Shown: positions 40,310 to 49,187 of the stretch, piece after piece | How positions within the stretch are numbered: the stretch's first letter is position 1 | How the letters are laid out: each line of letters begins with the position of its first letter | NCBI GenBank assembly: GCA_963514005.1 | Contig: OY740801.1 | Coordinates: 22,878,001-22,942,000 of the forward strand | Length of the DNA stretch: 64,000 nucleotides | Source of the DNA: Raja brachyura | Lineage: Eukaryota | Direction: 5' to 3' | Translations under genes and position numbers: made by a program | The notes under the pieces: model-generated | What the model saw: only the letters and a program-made list of their open reading frames with translations | What the model was told of the DNA's origin: nothing | Database searches by the model: none

Positions 40310-41125
40310 TGTTCATCAGACATAGGAATAGAATTAGGCCATTCAGCCCAATGAGTCTGACATTTAATCAGGGCTGATCTATTTTTCTATCACATCCCCA
40401 TTCTCCTGCCTTCTCACCAGAACCTTCAACACCAAATACTAATCAAGAACTTATCAACCACCACCAATTTAAAAGTACACAATGACTTGGGTTCTACAAT
40501 GAACTCCACAGATTCTCCACCCTCTGGCTAAAGAAATTCCTCCTCATCTCCTTTCTAAAGATACACAACTTTGTTCTGAGGCTGTGCCCTCTGGTCCTAG
40601 ACACTCCCACTAGTGAAAACACGGCCACTCTATCCAGACCTTTCATTGTTGGGCAGGATTCAATGAGATCCCCACACATCTTTCTAAACTCCAGGAAAAA
40701 CAGGCCCAGAACCTTCAATCACTCCTCATATTTAACCCAGCCATCCCCGGGATCATTCTCGTATACCTCATCTGGATCCTCTCCAATGCCAGCACATCCT
40801 ACCTTGATTAAAACTGCTCACAATATTCCAAAAACGCCTGATAAGTACCTCATAAAACCTAAGCATTGCAAACTTGCTTATATATTCTCCTCTCTAAACT
40901 AATGCTAACATTGCTTTTGCTTTCTTTACTGCTCATGGTAATGCACCTAGTCTATTTGCACCTCTGTTTTCTGAGTCATCTGTCCATTAGAAAATAGTTT
41001 ACATCTTTATTCCTACTACCAAAGTGCAAGACTGCACACTTTGCCACGCTCCATTCCATCTGCCGCTTCTTTGCCCACTCTCCCAAGCTGTCCAATTCCC
41101 ACTGCAGATTCCCAGCTTCCTCTAC
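40310..41125 (-). mobile_element. Old CR1 LINE 3' fragment
   Basis: VSRTRGHSLR...MRRNFFSQRVENLWSSL plus 3' UTR. Confidence 0.8.
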
Positions 41126-41131
41126 ATGGCA

Positions 41132-41805
41132 CGGTGTGGGGAGAGGCTGCCTGTATTATGGGAGTGAGCGGGTGTGGGGAGAGGCTGCCTGTATTATGGG
41201 AGTGAGGGGAGAGGCTGCTTGTATTATGGGAGTGAGCGGGTGTGGGGAGAGGCTGCCTGTATTATGGGAGTGAGGGGAGAGGCTGCCTGTATTATGGGAG
41301 TGAGCGGGTGTGGGGAGAGGCTGCCTGTATTATGGGAGTGAGCGGGTGAGGGGAGAGGCTGCCTGTATTATGGGAGTGAGGGGAGAGACTGCCTGTATTA
41401 TGGGAGTGAGCGGGTGAGGGAAGAGGCTGCCTGTATTATGGGAGTGAGCGGGTGTGGGGAGAGGCTGCCTGTATTATGGGAGTGAGGGGAGAGGCTGCCT
41501 GTATTATGGGAGTGAGGGGAGAGACTGCCTGTATTATGGGAGTGAGCGGGTGAGGGAAGTGGCTGCCTGTATTATGGGAGTGAGCGGGTGAGGGAAGAGG
41601 CTGCCTGTATTATGGGAGTGAGGGGAGAGGCTGCCTGTATTATGGGAGTGAGGGGAGAGGCTGCCTGTATTATGGGAGTGAGCTGGTGAGGGAAGAGGCT
41701 GCCTGTATTATGGGAGTGAGCGGGTGAGGGAAGAGGCTGCCTGTATTATGGGAGTGAGCGGGTGAGGGAAGAGGCTGCCTGTATTATGGGAGTGAGCGGT
41801 GTGGA
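41132..41805. repeat. Minisatellite with 30- and 38-bp units (core gaggctgcctgtattatgggagtgag)
   Basis: Two unit lengths differing by an optional 8-bp agcgggtg. Confidence 0.97.
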
Positions 41806-42560
41806 GAGCCGCTTGTGCCAGGCTGCGCGGGAAGGCATTCCAAGCCCAGGCCCCGTGGGAAGCCTGCATTCACCGCAGACTTTCATGTCCTCGCCGGCTA
41901 TAAATACCCTCTGCTGTGAGCAGGAAGCCTGTCTCTGTTTACTGATGCTGGACTGCATCCTGGTATCTTACCAGCAAACACACTGTCGGTCGCAGTGCAG
42001 TGAGGGGGCGGGCGGGGGGGGGGGGGGGGGGTGGTTAAGGGGGGAGGGATTAACAAAGGAGGGCAGGGGGGGGCAGAGGGGCAGTGGGAGTGGAGGGATG
42101 GGCAGGGTGGAGGGGTGGGCGGAGTGAGGGGGTGGATGGAGGCGGAGGGCGGAATGGCAGCAGGGGGACAGAGGGGGCGGAGGAGGGCCGCAGTGGGGGT
42201 GGAGGGGGTTGACTGGTCTCTGCACCCAGAGGCAGCGGAGGCATGGCTATTTGCTCCGACTTAGCCAAGCTTCATTCTCCCAGTGGCGCGCAGAGTGTGG
42301 CTTCGCTGCCTCCCCAATGCCTGCTCTGTGGCCGGCCATGGCCACACAGCCCAGCTCGCAAAGACTAGACAGGAAGTTGCTGTTGGCCGGCTGCCTGTGC
42401 TGTCAGTGTGGGACCGGCTCCTGCCCAGGTCTGTCCAAGGAATCCGGCCGCTCACTGCTGCCAGCTCTGCCTCCCTGCCCGGGCTCTCTCAGGCCAGGCT
42501 GCTCAAAACATCCGTACACCACCATAGCTGCCTGACCATGCAGTCAGTGTGGAAACAGGC

Positions 42561-43440
42561 AGAGCGCGCAGCGTATCTCAGCGTACCGCAGTGTACCGCA
42601 GTGTAACGCAGCGTATCTCAGCGTACCGCAGTGTACCGCAGTGTACCGCAGTGTACCGCAGTTTACCGCAGTGTGCTGCAGTGTACCGTAGTGTACCGCA
42701 GTGTAACGCAGCGTATCTCAGCGTACCGCAGTGTACCGCAGTGTACCACAGTGTACCGCAGCGTATCTCAGCGTACCGCAGTGTACCGCAGCGTACCGCA
42801 GTGTACCGCAGCGTACCGCAGCGTACCACAGTGTATCTCAGCGTACCGCAGTGTACCGCAGTGTACCACAGTGTATCTTAGCGTACCGCAGTGTACCGCA
42901 GTGTTCCACAGCATATCTCAGCATATCTCAGCGTACCGCAGTGTACCGCAGTGTAACGCAGCGTATCTCAGCGTACCGTAGTGTACCACAGCGTACCACA
43001 GCGTATCTCAGCGTACCGCAGTGTACCGCAGCATACCGCAGCGTACCGCAGCGTACCGCAGCGTACCGTAGCGTACCGCAGCGTACCACAGTGTGCTGCA
43101 GTGTACCGCAGCGTACCACAGTGTACTGCAGCTTACCGTAGTGTACCGCAGCGTACCGCAGTGTACCGTATGGTACCTCAGTGTACTGCAGCGTACCGCA
43201 GTGTACCGCAGCGTACTGTAGTGTACCGTATGGTACCGCAGTGTACTGCAGCTTACCGTAGTGTACCGCAGTGTACTGCAGTGTACCGCAGTGTACCGTA
43301 TGGTACCGCAGTGTACTGCAGCGTACCACAGTGTACCGCAGCGTATCTCAGCGTACAGCAGCATATTACAGCATACCGCAGCGTACTGGAGTGTATCAGT
43401 GTACCATAGAGTATCACAGTGTATCACAGAGTCCCACAGC
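42561..43440. repeat. 10-bp minisatellite g(t/c)gtaccgca and variants
   Basis: Units stay in exact 10-nt register across ~880 bp. Confidence 0.97.
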
Positions 43441-43477
43441 GTAGGGAGAGGGGCGAGCTGAAGATGTCCTGGTTCAT

Positions 43478-43575
43478 AGACACAAAATGCTGGAGTACCT
43501 CAGCAAGGCAGGCAGCATCTCTGGAGAGAAGGGATGGGTGACGTTTCGGGTCGAGACCCTTCTTCAGACTGATCA
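43478..43575 (-). ncRNA. Penelope terminal fragment with an intact minimal hammerhead ribozyme core
   Basis: The minus strand reads cagt-CTGAAGA-a-GGGT-ctcg-ACCC-GAAA-CGTC-acc (core 43540-43567). Confidence 0.7.
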
Positions 43576-43584
43576 GGTCAAACA

Positions 43585-43823
43585 GATGTCCTGGTTAGGC
43601 TGTCCCTGGGCCAAGCTGGGCATCCGCCAGTCACGGTGCCAGGCGGAAGAGGCTTCTGCCCGAGCTGGCTACCTGCTCCTTTTCCGGGGCTACGTTTGTG
43701 GCCGGGTGTCTTTAGAGTGGGAACACGCATGTGCCACGGGCACCCTGGGGGATTTCCGGGACCGCTGGGCACCGCTGGGGGTGGAATGTATCTTTAACAA
43801 AGTTTGTGAAATAGTTGTTTAAT
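43585..43823 (+). mobile_element. Tx1-clade LINE 3' end, left part of the DIRS target (continues at 49188-49270)
   Basis: AKLGIRQSRCQAEE...LFRGYVCGRVSLEWEHA...FRDRWAPLGVEC. Homologous to the copy at 60365-61100. Confidence 0.8.
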
Positions 43824-43931
43824 AATAGTAAGATTAAACGAGAACTTACCAGTTTGAAGTCTGATCTTTATTTTATGAGGAGTTGCGATGAGGGATTTCG
43901 TGAAGAACCCGCCAGCACGCATGCGCGACAT
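43824..43931. repeat. DIRS right terminal repeat plus 3' extension
   Basis: 43824-43902 is the reverse complement of 44054-44132 (78/79 identical). 43897-43931 is the reverse complement of 49126-49160. Confidence 0.95.
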
Positions 43932-44053
43932 CTCTTCAAAGCAGCGGTGTGGAATCACAGAACCAACAAACCAAAGGAAATGACTTGTGATAGTAAGATT
44001 GAAGAGGCTCTAGTTACCAGTTGACTTTATGATCGAGGGTTGGGAGCGGAGGG

Positions 44054-44166
44054 CACGAAATCCCTCATCGCAACTCCTCATAAAATAAAGATCAAACTTC
44101 AAACTGGTAAGTTCTCGTTTAATCTTACTATTTCATTTCGGAGTCACGTGAGTGACTTCGTGAAGA
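44054..44166. repeat. DIRS internal complementary region (ICR)
   Basis: 44054-44132 pairs with the right end and 44130-44166 pairs with the left end 49151-49187 (37/37). The halves overlap at ATT (44130-44132). Confidence 0.95.
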
Positions 44167-44313
44167 CTTCAAAGCTCTGTGATTACACGCCCTGGACAAC
44201 GTCCATGCTATCACACACGCCACGATAAGGATGGACAGGAGTATCAAAAATTTTCAGACTGCTAGTTCTGAAAAATAATAATATTTATTAATAATAACAA
44301 AAGAAAAAACCCC

Positions 44314-45429
44314 TCACTGGGGAACAGCCGAATGACCTCGGCCTGCATTTAGGACAGCTTCTGCAAACATTCCAGGAGCGGTAATAGGTTTATTATAAAA
44401 CCGTTGAAAGGTGGCTTCACTGGCCCATCCCGCTGCGGCTAGAATATGGTCCATGGGCACCTCCATGACCTTTGCCGCCGACGTAGATGCAGCCCTGGTG
44501 GAATGGGATTTAAATACATTAGTATCTATACCTGCTTCGTTCAAAACGATTCTGAGCCATCTGGAGATAGTCTGTACCGTCACTCTATGGTGAGGTCTCT
44601 TATGGCTGATTAGCAAGTATTGCTCCATTCCCCTTAATTTCCGCGTCACTTTAATATAGTGGCGGATGTGGGTGGCTAAACATAGCCTGGCATCAGCGGG
44701 GTATGCTGGAAACACCAGCTGTAGACCTGTAACCCCAGGCCTGTGCTGTTTAAGCAATTCATCAATAAAGAAAATAACCTTTTCTGGGGTAGAGATCATT
44801 CTATCAATCTTGATCTTATGAAGAGTCTGTACCCTTTGTGCCGAAGTAAGTGCCAATAACATCACCAACTTCAGGGTGAGTCTGTCCAATTCAAGCCCAA
44901 TCATGGGCGACCACGTCCTGAGCAGGGTCAGTACATTCCCAATATCCCAGGTAACGTTGTAACGCGGTCTAGGCGGATTGGAATTAAATATTCCCCGCAT
45001 CAGTTTGGACACCAACTTATTGGATCCTACCTCCAAATTGAGGTAGTATGATAGTGCGCTCCTGGCGCTGTTGATGGCACTATAGCTGAGGTGTTCGTCA
45101 TGATGTAACCCCGCAAGGGACTCCAGCACATCTGTGATTGACACGGAGTCATATGCAATGTCCAAGCGGCCGCAGTAGGTTTCCCATTTCCTGATGTGCG
45201 ATAAATATTGCCGTCTTGTGGACTCCCTGCATGATGCTCCTATGGTGTCCATGGTCCTTGATGATAGGCCATACTGCAGTAATGGCCTGTTCAAATCCTG
45301 CAAGCCAATAAATTCAAATGACTGTGGCAGGGATGTGGTTCCCCTGTAACGGGGTTCGTCACCAATAGTGGGCAACCCTCCAAGAGGACCCATGGTTGAC
45401 TGATCATGCCAAGGACCACCGGATACCAT
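44314..45429 (-). CDS. DIRS tyrosine recombinase (YR); true start uncertain
   Basis: Catalytic set present: SAQRVQTL (R), LKQHRPG (K), HSTR (HxxR), AGWASEATFQRFY (W, Y). N-terminal LSYSAINSARSALS core-binding helix. Uninterrupted 371 codons. Confidence 0.95.
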   Translation of the reverse strand: MVSGGPWHDQSTMGPLGGLPTIGDEPRYRGTTSLPQSFEFIGLQDLNRPLLQYGLSSRTMDTIGASCRESTRRQYLSHIRKWETYCGRLDIAYDSVSITDVLESLAGLHHDEHLSYSAINSARSALSYYLNLEVGSNKLVSKLMRGIFNSNPPRPRYNVTWDIGNVLTLLRTWSPMIGLELDRLTLKLVMLLALTSAQRVQTLHKIKIDRMISTPEKVIFFIDELLKQHRPGVTGLQLVFPAYPADARLCLATHIRHYIKVTRKLRGMEQYLLISHKRPHHRVTVQTISRWLRIVLNEAGIDTNVFKSHSTRAASTSAAKVMEVPMDHILAAAGWASEATFQRFYNKPITAPGMFAEAVLNAGRGHSAVPQ

Positions 45430-47219
45430 GACTGAGTAGGCCAGTCGGGTATGATAAGGATGCCATTAGCAGCATCTAGCTGGATTTTCCGCAATACCCG
45501 ACTGATGAGGCAAAATGGGGGAAATGCATAGAAAAACCATTTCCCCCAGTCTAGCGAGAAAGCGTCCATCGCCATTGCCCCAGGATCTGGCTCCCATGAT
45601 ACATATGTTGGTACCTGATGGTTTAACCGTGACGCAAAAAGGTCAATATCCGGCTTACCAAATTTGGCTGTAATTTGTTTGAATATTTGGGAATTCAACA
45701 TCCACTCGATGTTATCATTGAATTTCCGTGACCTGGTGTCCGCCGCTATGTTGAGCTTACCTGGTAAATAGGTAGCTGAAATCCAAATATTCCTTTGAAT
45801 ACACCAGAGCCAAATTGTATTAGCCAATTCATCACATGAAATTGACCTGGTACCACCCATATGATTTAGATATGCCACTGCAGTGGTGTTGTCTATTTGG
45901 AGACGGACATGAGTGTCAGTAAAGTTTGAACAATAAGCTCTAAGTCCGTGGAATGCCCCAAGCATCTCCAAATAATTTATCCCTTGTGCTAACAAAAGGG
46001 TAGATTCTAGTGAGTCCCATCTGCCCCCACAACTTGTGTTGTTGTCCGTAGCTCCCCAGCCATGGGAGCTTGCGTCTGTTTGTAAGTATACTACCGGACG
46101 AGGCACAATGATGGGTTTAAATGAGTTATGGATATTATCAATCCACCATTGTAACTCAATTTTTGCCTTGAGTGGCAGCTGCATAGGTCTATCAAAATGT
46201 CCAGCATTCAATATTAATGCTGAAATCTTGGATCTTTGTAGATTTTGATAATGTAAAGGTCCGAATTGAGCAGCTGGAAAAACTGCTACGATTTTTCCAA
46301 TTACCTTAGCAGTTTGTCTAATTGATGGCATACTGGCGCAGACCAGGTTCTTGCATGTTTGGATGATATCCCCAACCTTGTTAGTTGGTATGGTGGCAAT
46401 CATGTGATTGGAATCTATGGTGAACCCCAGATAGTCCATGATCTGTGAAGGACAGAACTTTGATTTATCTGGATGGATAATAAATCCCATTTTTTGGAAT
46501 ATATCCACAGTGGCTGAAACTGCCAAATTTGTTGATTCCAATGTATGCCCAATAATGAGGATATCATCTAGATAAGCCATGACCGTGTGATTTGCCCTCC
46601 TCAGTGTGGCTAACACTGGCTTGAGTAATTTGGTAAATAGTCTAGGGGCTGTGGTAAGCCCATTGGGCAAAGCTTTATATTGCCAAAGTTGATCCATCCA
46701 GATGAATTTCAAGAACTTCCTGTGATGTTTCTGAACGGATACTGAATAGTATGCATCTTTTAAGTCAATGCATGCCATGAAGCAGCCCTCAGAAATCAAA
46801 GATTTGGCTGTTTCAAACGTGTCCATTTTGAAATGGGTGTATTGTACAAAGGTATTCAAATGGGTTAGATCTATAATGACCCGACATCCACCATCTTTTT
46901 TGGTTTTAGTAAATATATTGGATACAAACTCAACCGGCTCATGTGTAGTTCTTTCTATCACACCTTTCTCCAGGAGTCTTAAGATTTCAGCATAGCCGAC
47001 TGCTGTTTCCTTCTTGGAAAGTGCAAATCTGCGATTCGGCATATGCTGAGGTGGAGGAATTTGGCCATTTGTAAACTCAATCTCATAACCCTGAATACTT
47101 TGTAGAATAAACTCATCTGAGGTGATGGTTTCCCATGCCTCCTTAAACCCCCGCAACCTACCCCCAACATGTGAGGTTAGACATGCCAGTGTATGAAACC
47201 CAGACCCCCTTACCTTCAT
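45291..47219 (-). CDS. DIRS pol: reverse transcriptase + RNase H + C-terminal adenine-methyltransferase-like domain
   Basis: VGGRL start motif; RT motifs DLKDAY, LPNGL, YLDD; RNase H motifs TDASSHGWG, INYLEM, IDNTTAV, NIAADTRSR; MT motifs IDLFAS and YAFPPF. Intact 642 aa. Confidence 0.97.
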   Translation of the reverse strand: MKVRGSGFHTLACLTSHVGGRLRGFKEAWETITSDEFILQSIQGYEIEFTNGQIPPPQHMPNRRFALSKKETAVGYAEILRLLEKGVIERTTHEPVEFVSNIFTKTKKDGGCRVIIDLTHLNTFVQYTHFKMDTFETAKSLISEGCFMACIDLKDAYYSVSVQKHHRKFLKFIWMDQLWQYKALPNGLTTAPRLFTKLLKPVLATLRRANHTVMAYLDDILIIGHTLESTNLAVSATVDIFQKMGFIIHPDKSKFCPSQIMDYLGFTIDSNHMIATIPTNKVGDIIQTCKNLVCASMPSIRQTAKVIGKIVAVFPAAQFGPLHYQNLQRSKISALILNAGHFDRPMQLPLKAKIELQWWIDNIHNSFKPIIVPRPVVYLQTDASSHGWGATDNNTSCGGRWDSLESTLLLAQGINYLEMLGAFHGLRAYCSNFTDTHVRLQIDNTTAVAYLNHMGGTRSISCDELANTIWLWCIQRNIWISATYLPGKLNIAADTRSRKFNDNIEWMLNSQIFKQITAKFGKPDIDLFASRLNHQVPTYVSWEPDPGAMAMDAFSLDWGKWFFYAFPPFCLISRVLRKIQLDAANGILIIPDWPTQSWYPVVLGMISQPWVLLEGCPLLVTNPVTGEPHPCHSHLNLLACRI

Positions 47220-48780
47220 GGTTATCGGCGTGGGACACCATGGTTTTGGTGGGATGTGGAGGTGCTGGGTTGCGCTGGAAATACGGAAACCGCATTTTCC
47301 ATGCTGGCTGTTGAGGGCCCTGCCCTAAAAAAGGCCTGGGCTGTTGAGGCTGTTGGTACATAGGAGGCGCTGGAACGTAGGTCCTTGCTGGCCTATCGGT
47401 GGGACCTCGTGGCCTGAAATATGGTGTTTTCTTGGCCGTCTGTCTGGTCACGGGGTGTGACCTCATCAGACCCACTGTTTTGGCATGATCATCTAGGTCT
47501 TTGACCTGCTTCGGGAGGTCTTCACCGAATAGCTGTCTGGGTGGTGGTGTTGGAGGTGCTCTACATAACCCCGCAAATTTGGGGTTTAATGTCGGCTTGA
47601 TAATACTTTTCCTAAAAGCATTAATTTCGTATTGCGTGTTGCAAAGTAGAGCCAGTGCATCCTCCTGATCGATGCTCAAGTCCACTCCATCCACCGACCT
47701 TGCAACCGCAGTAATCCCAGATGTGAGCAACTTCAGGATCCTCTGTAATTTTACTTCCTGAGTGCGAATGCCCGGGCTAATATTGCCCCAAATCGGCATG
47801 TTGACTGTAGGCACATTAAGTGAATTACAATTGCCCGGCGCCTTGTGTCTATCCATGGCCTTTGCAAGGACCTCCTCCTGTAGTTGATGATTCGTGAGGA
47901 AATCAATGGTAGCAGCCAGCTTGGTATCGAGGGGTTGGCCCGATGAAACGGGTAATCCAAACTTGGCTGCCACGTCCAGGAGCTCTTCCTGGGGAACTTC
48001 AGGTGCAACTGGGGCATGTACCAAAATTTCCTCCTCTTCTGGCCTCATGCTGCCCATAGATGATGGGGATATGTCCATAAGTCCCCTGGAACTGTGGGCT
48101 TCCTGTCTTTGATTAAGCAGGAGTTGTTCCATTATCCTCTCCATCCGGTCTATGCGCCCTTCATCATGCATGAATGGGCGATTAGAGTCCTCATGCCCGA
48201 AGGAACTTCTGAGGCTCCTATCATCGGCCCGTACCTCGTCGAGGTAATGTCGGTGCCGTGACGGTAAGTCGCTTCCAGCCGCCTCAGCGATACTGAACGA
48301 CTCCCGCGCGGATCTGCTCATACGCCTCCTTTTGGCTGAGCTGCATCCGGCTGCCTCCGAGGGCATATGCGGTGATGAGTCGGCACCCGACGCCTCGGCG
48401 TGGTGACCCGACATCCGCGCGGGCTTGCCGACTGTCCTTTTCCTGGACCCAGACGGCGTACGGTCCCGTCCATCCCCCCGCGGGGGAAGCGGTGACCGTG
48501 GCGAGCCTCCACCTGTGTGACTCTTCCTGGTCCGACTAGGTGGTGAGTCTCTACTGGCCCTCCTTGGTCTGCCAGTGGACTCAGGTCTCGCTGCTACACC
48601 AGGCCGCAATCTAGCGGCACCTGGTGAACCCTCTGCCCGAAAAGGGCTAGGTTCTCGAGCTCTATCCCTGGCCCTACTAAGAGGGCTCAGGGAGAAGGGT
48701 CGTGCAGCAGCACGTAAACCCTTTTTGCTCGCCTCTGCCAATGATCCAGTTGGCGAGAGGGAAATGGAGTCAGGGTCCAC
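47158..48780 (-). CDS. DIRS gag-like ORF1 (start uncertain)
   Basis: Lies upstream of and overlaps pol. S/R/P-rich N-terminus, helical core with LFGEDL, and PFLG near the end, as in DIRS ORF1 proteins. Confidence 0.85.
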   Translation of the reverse strand: MDPDSISLSPTGSLAEASKKGLRAAARPFSLSPLSRARDRAREPSPFRAEGSPGAARLRPGVAARPESTGRPRRASRDSPPSRTRKSHTGGGSPRSPLPPRGDGRDRTPSGSRKRTVGKPARMSGHHAEASGADSSPHMPSEAAGCSSAKRRRMSRSARESFSIAEAAGSDLPSRHRHYLDEVRADDRSLRSSFGHEDSNRPFMHDEGRIDRMERIMEQLLLNQRQEAHSSRGLMDISPSSMGSMRPEEEEILVHAPVAPEVPQEELLDVAAKFGLPVSSGQPLDTKLAATIDFLTNHQLQEEVLAKAMDRHKAPGNCNSLNVPTVNMPIWGNISPGIRTQEVKLQRILKLLTSGITAVARSVDGVDLSIDQEDALALLCNTQYEINAFRKSIIKPTLNPKFAGLCRAPPTPPPRQLFGEDLPKQVKDLDDHAKTVGLMRSHPVTRQTAKKTPYFRPRGPTDRPARTYVPAPPMYQQPQQPRPFLGQGPQQPAWKMRFPYFQRNPAPPHPTKTMVSHADNHEGKGVWVSYTGMSNLTCWG

Positions 48781-48791
48781 CTGCTCCGGCG

Positions 48792-48986
48792 CTATTCCGA
48801 CTCTTGCTCTGCGGGAACCCCGCTAGAGCTCAGCTGTGCCGGTGATTCGGGTCCTGTGATTACAGGGCTCCCCGATTTGCGCGCCTTTTTCCTGGTCCTT
48901 CCAGCGGGCGCTGTAGAAGGGAGCTCCAGGCTTGGTGGCCTGCAGATCCTTCCGGACGTCCTGCGGCCCTTACTTCTTCTGTCCAT
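48792..48986 (-). CDS. Short upstream ORF, or frameshifted N-terminus of gag
   Basis: First ATG after the putative 5'-UTR intron (MDRRSKGRRTSGR...). Out of frame with the main gag ORF. Confidence 0.45.
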   Translation of the reverse strand: MDRRSKGRRTSGRICRPPSLELPSTAPAGRTRKKARKSGSPVITGPESPAQLSSSGVPAEQESE

Positions 48987-49125
48987 GTTTCTCTGTAGGA
49001 AAAAATTACTTACAGACAAACCAACCAGCTCAAGGTTGATTATACTTACCTGAGTTGGTCCTTATGAGAGCTGGTGGTGAGCCGCGCTCCTCCTCCAGCC
49101 GTCGACTGCAAATGCGAGCGACGAT

Positions 49126-49187
49126 ATGTCGCGCATGCGTGCTGGCGGGTTCTTCACGAAGTCACTCACGTGACTCCGAAATGAAAT
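49126..49187. repeat. DIRS left terminal repeat
   Basis: Inverted matches to 43897-43931 and 44130-44166. Confidence 0.95.

Larger units (their letters stand above)
43824..49187 (-). mobile_element. Full-length DIRS1-like tyrosine-recombinase retrotransposon
   Basis: Three overlapping ORFs (gag, RT/RH/MT, YR). ITR core 43897-43931 is inverted at 49126-49160. The ICR (44054-44166) is complementary to both termini. No conventional TSD; a shared ATT lies at both junctions. Confidence 0.97.

Noticed and set aside
39350-40354. 334-aa ORF
   Set aside because: Low-complexity pyrimidine tract plus a 17-bp minisatellite.
41132-41805. CRISPR-like 30-38-bp repeats
   Set aside because: The intervening sequence is itself repeated; this is a simple minisatellite.
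44314-45429. Phage integrase or bacterial contamination
   Set aside because: The recombinase is linked to RT/RNase H and the ITR/ICR of a DIRS element and is flanked by contiguous vertebrate LINE sequence.
47325-47332. Canonical -1 frameshift producing a Gag-Pol fusion
   Set aside because: Pol is in the +1 frame, and the -1 frame stops at 47222. Retained only as an alternative hypothesis in the findings.
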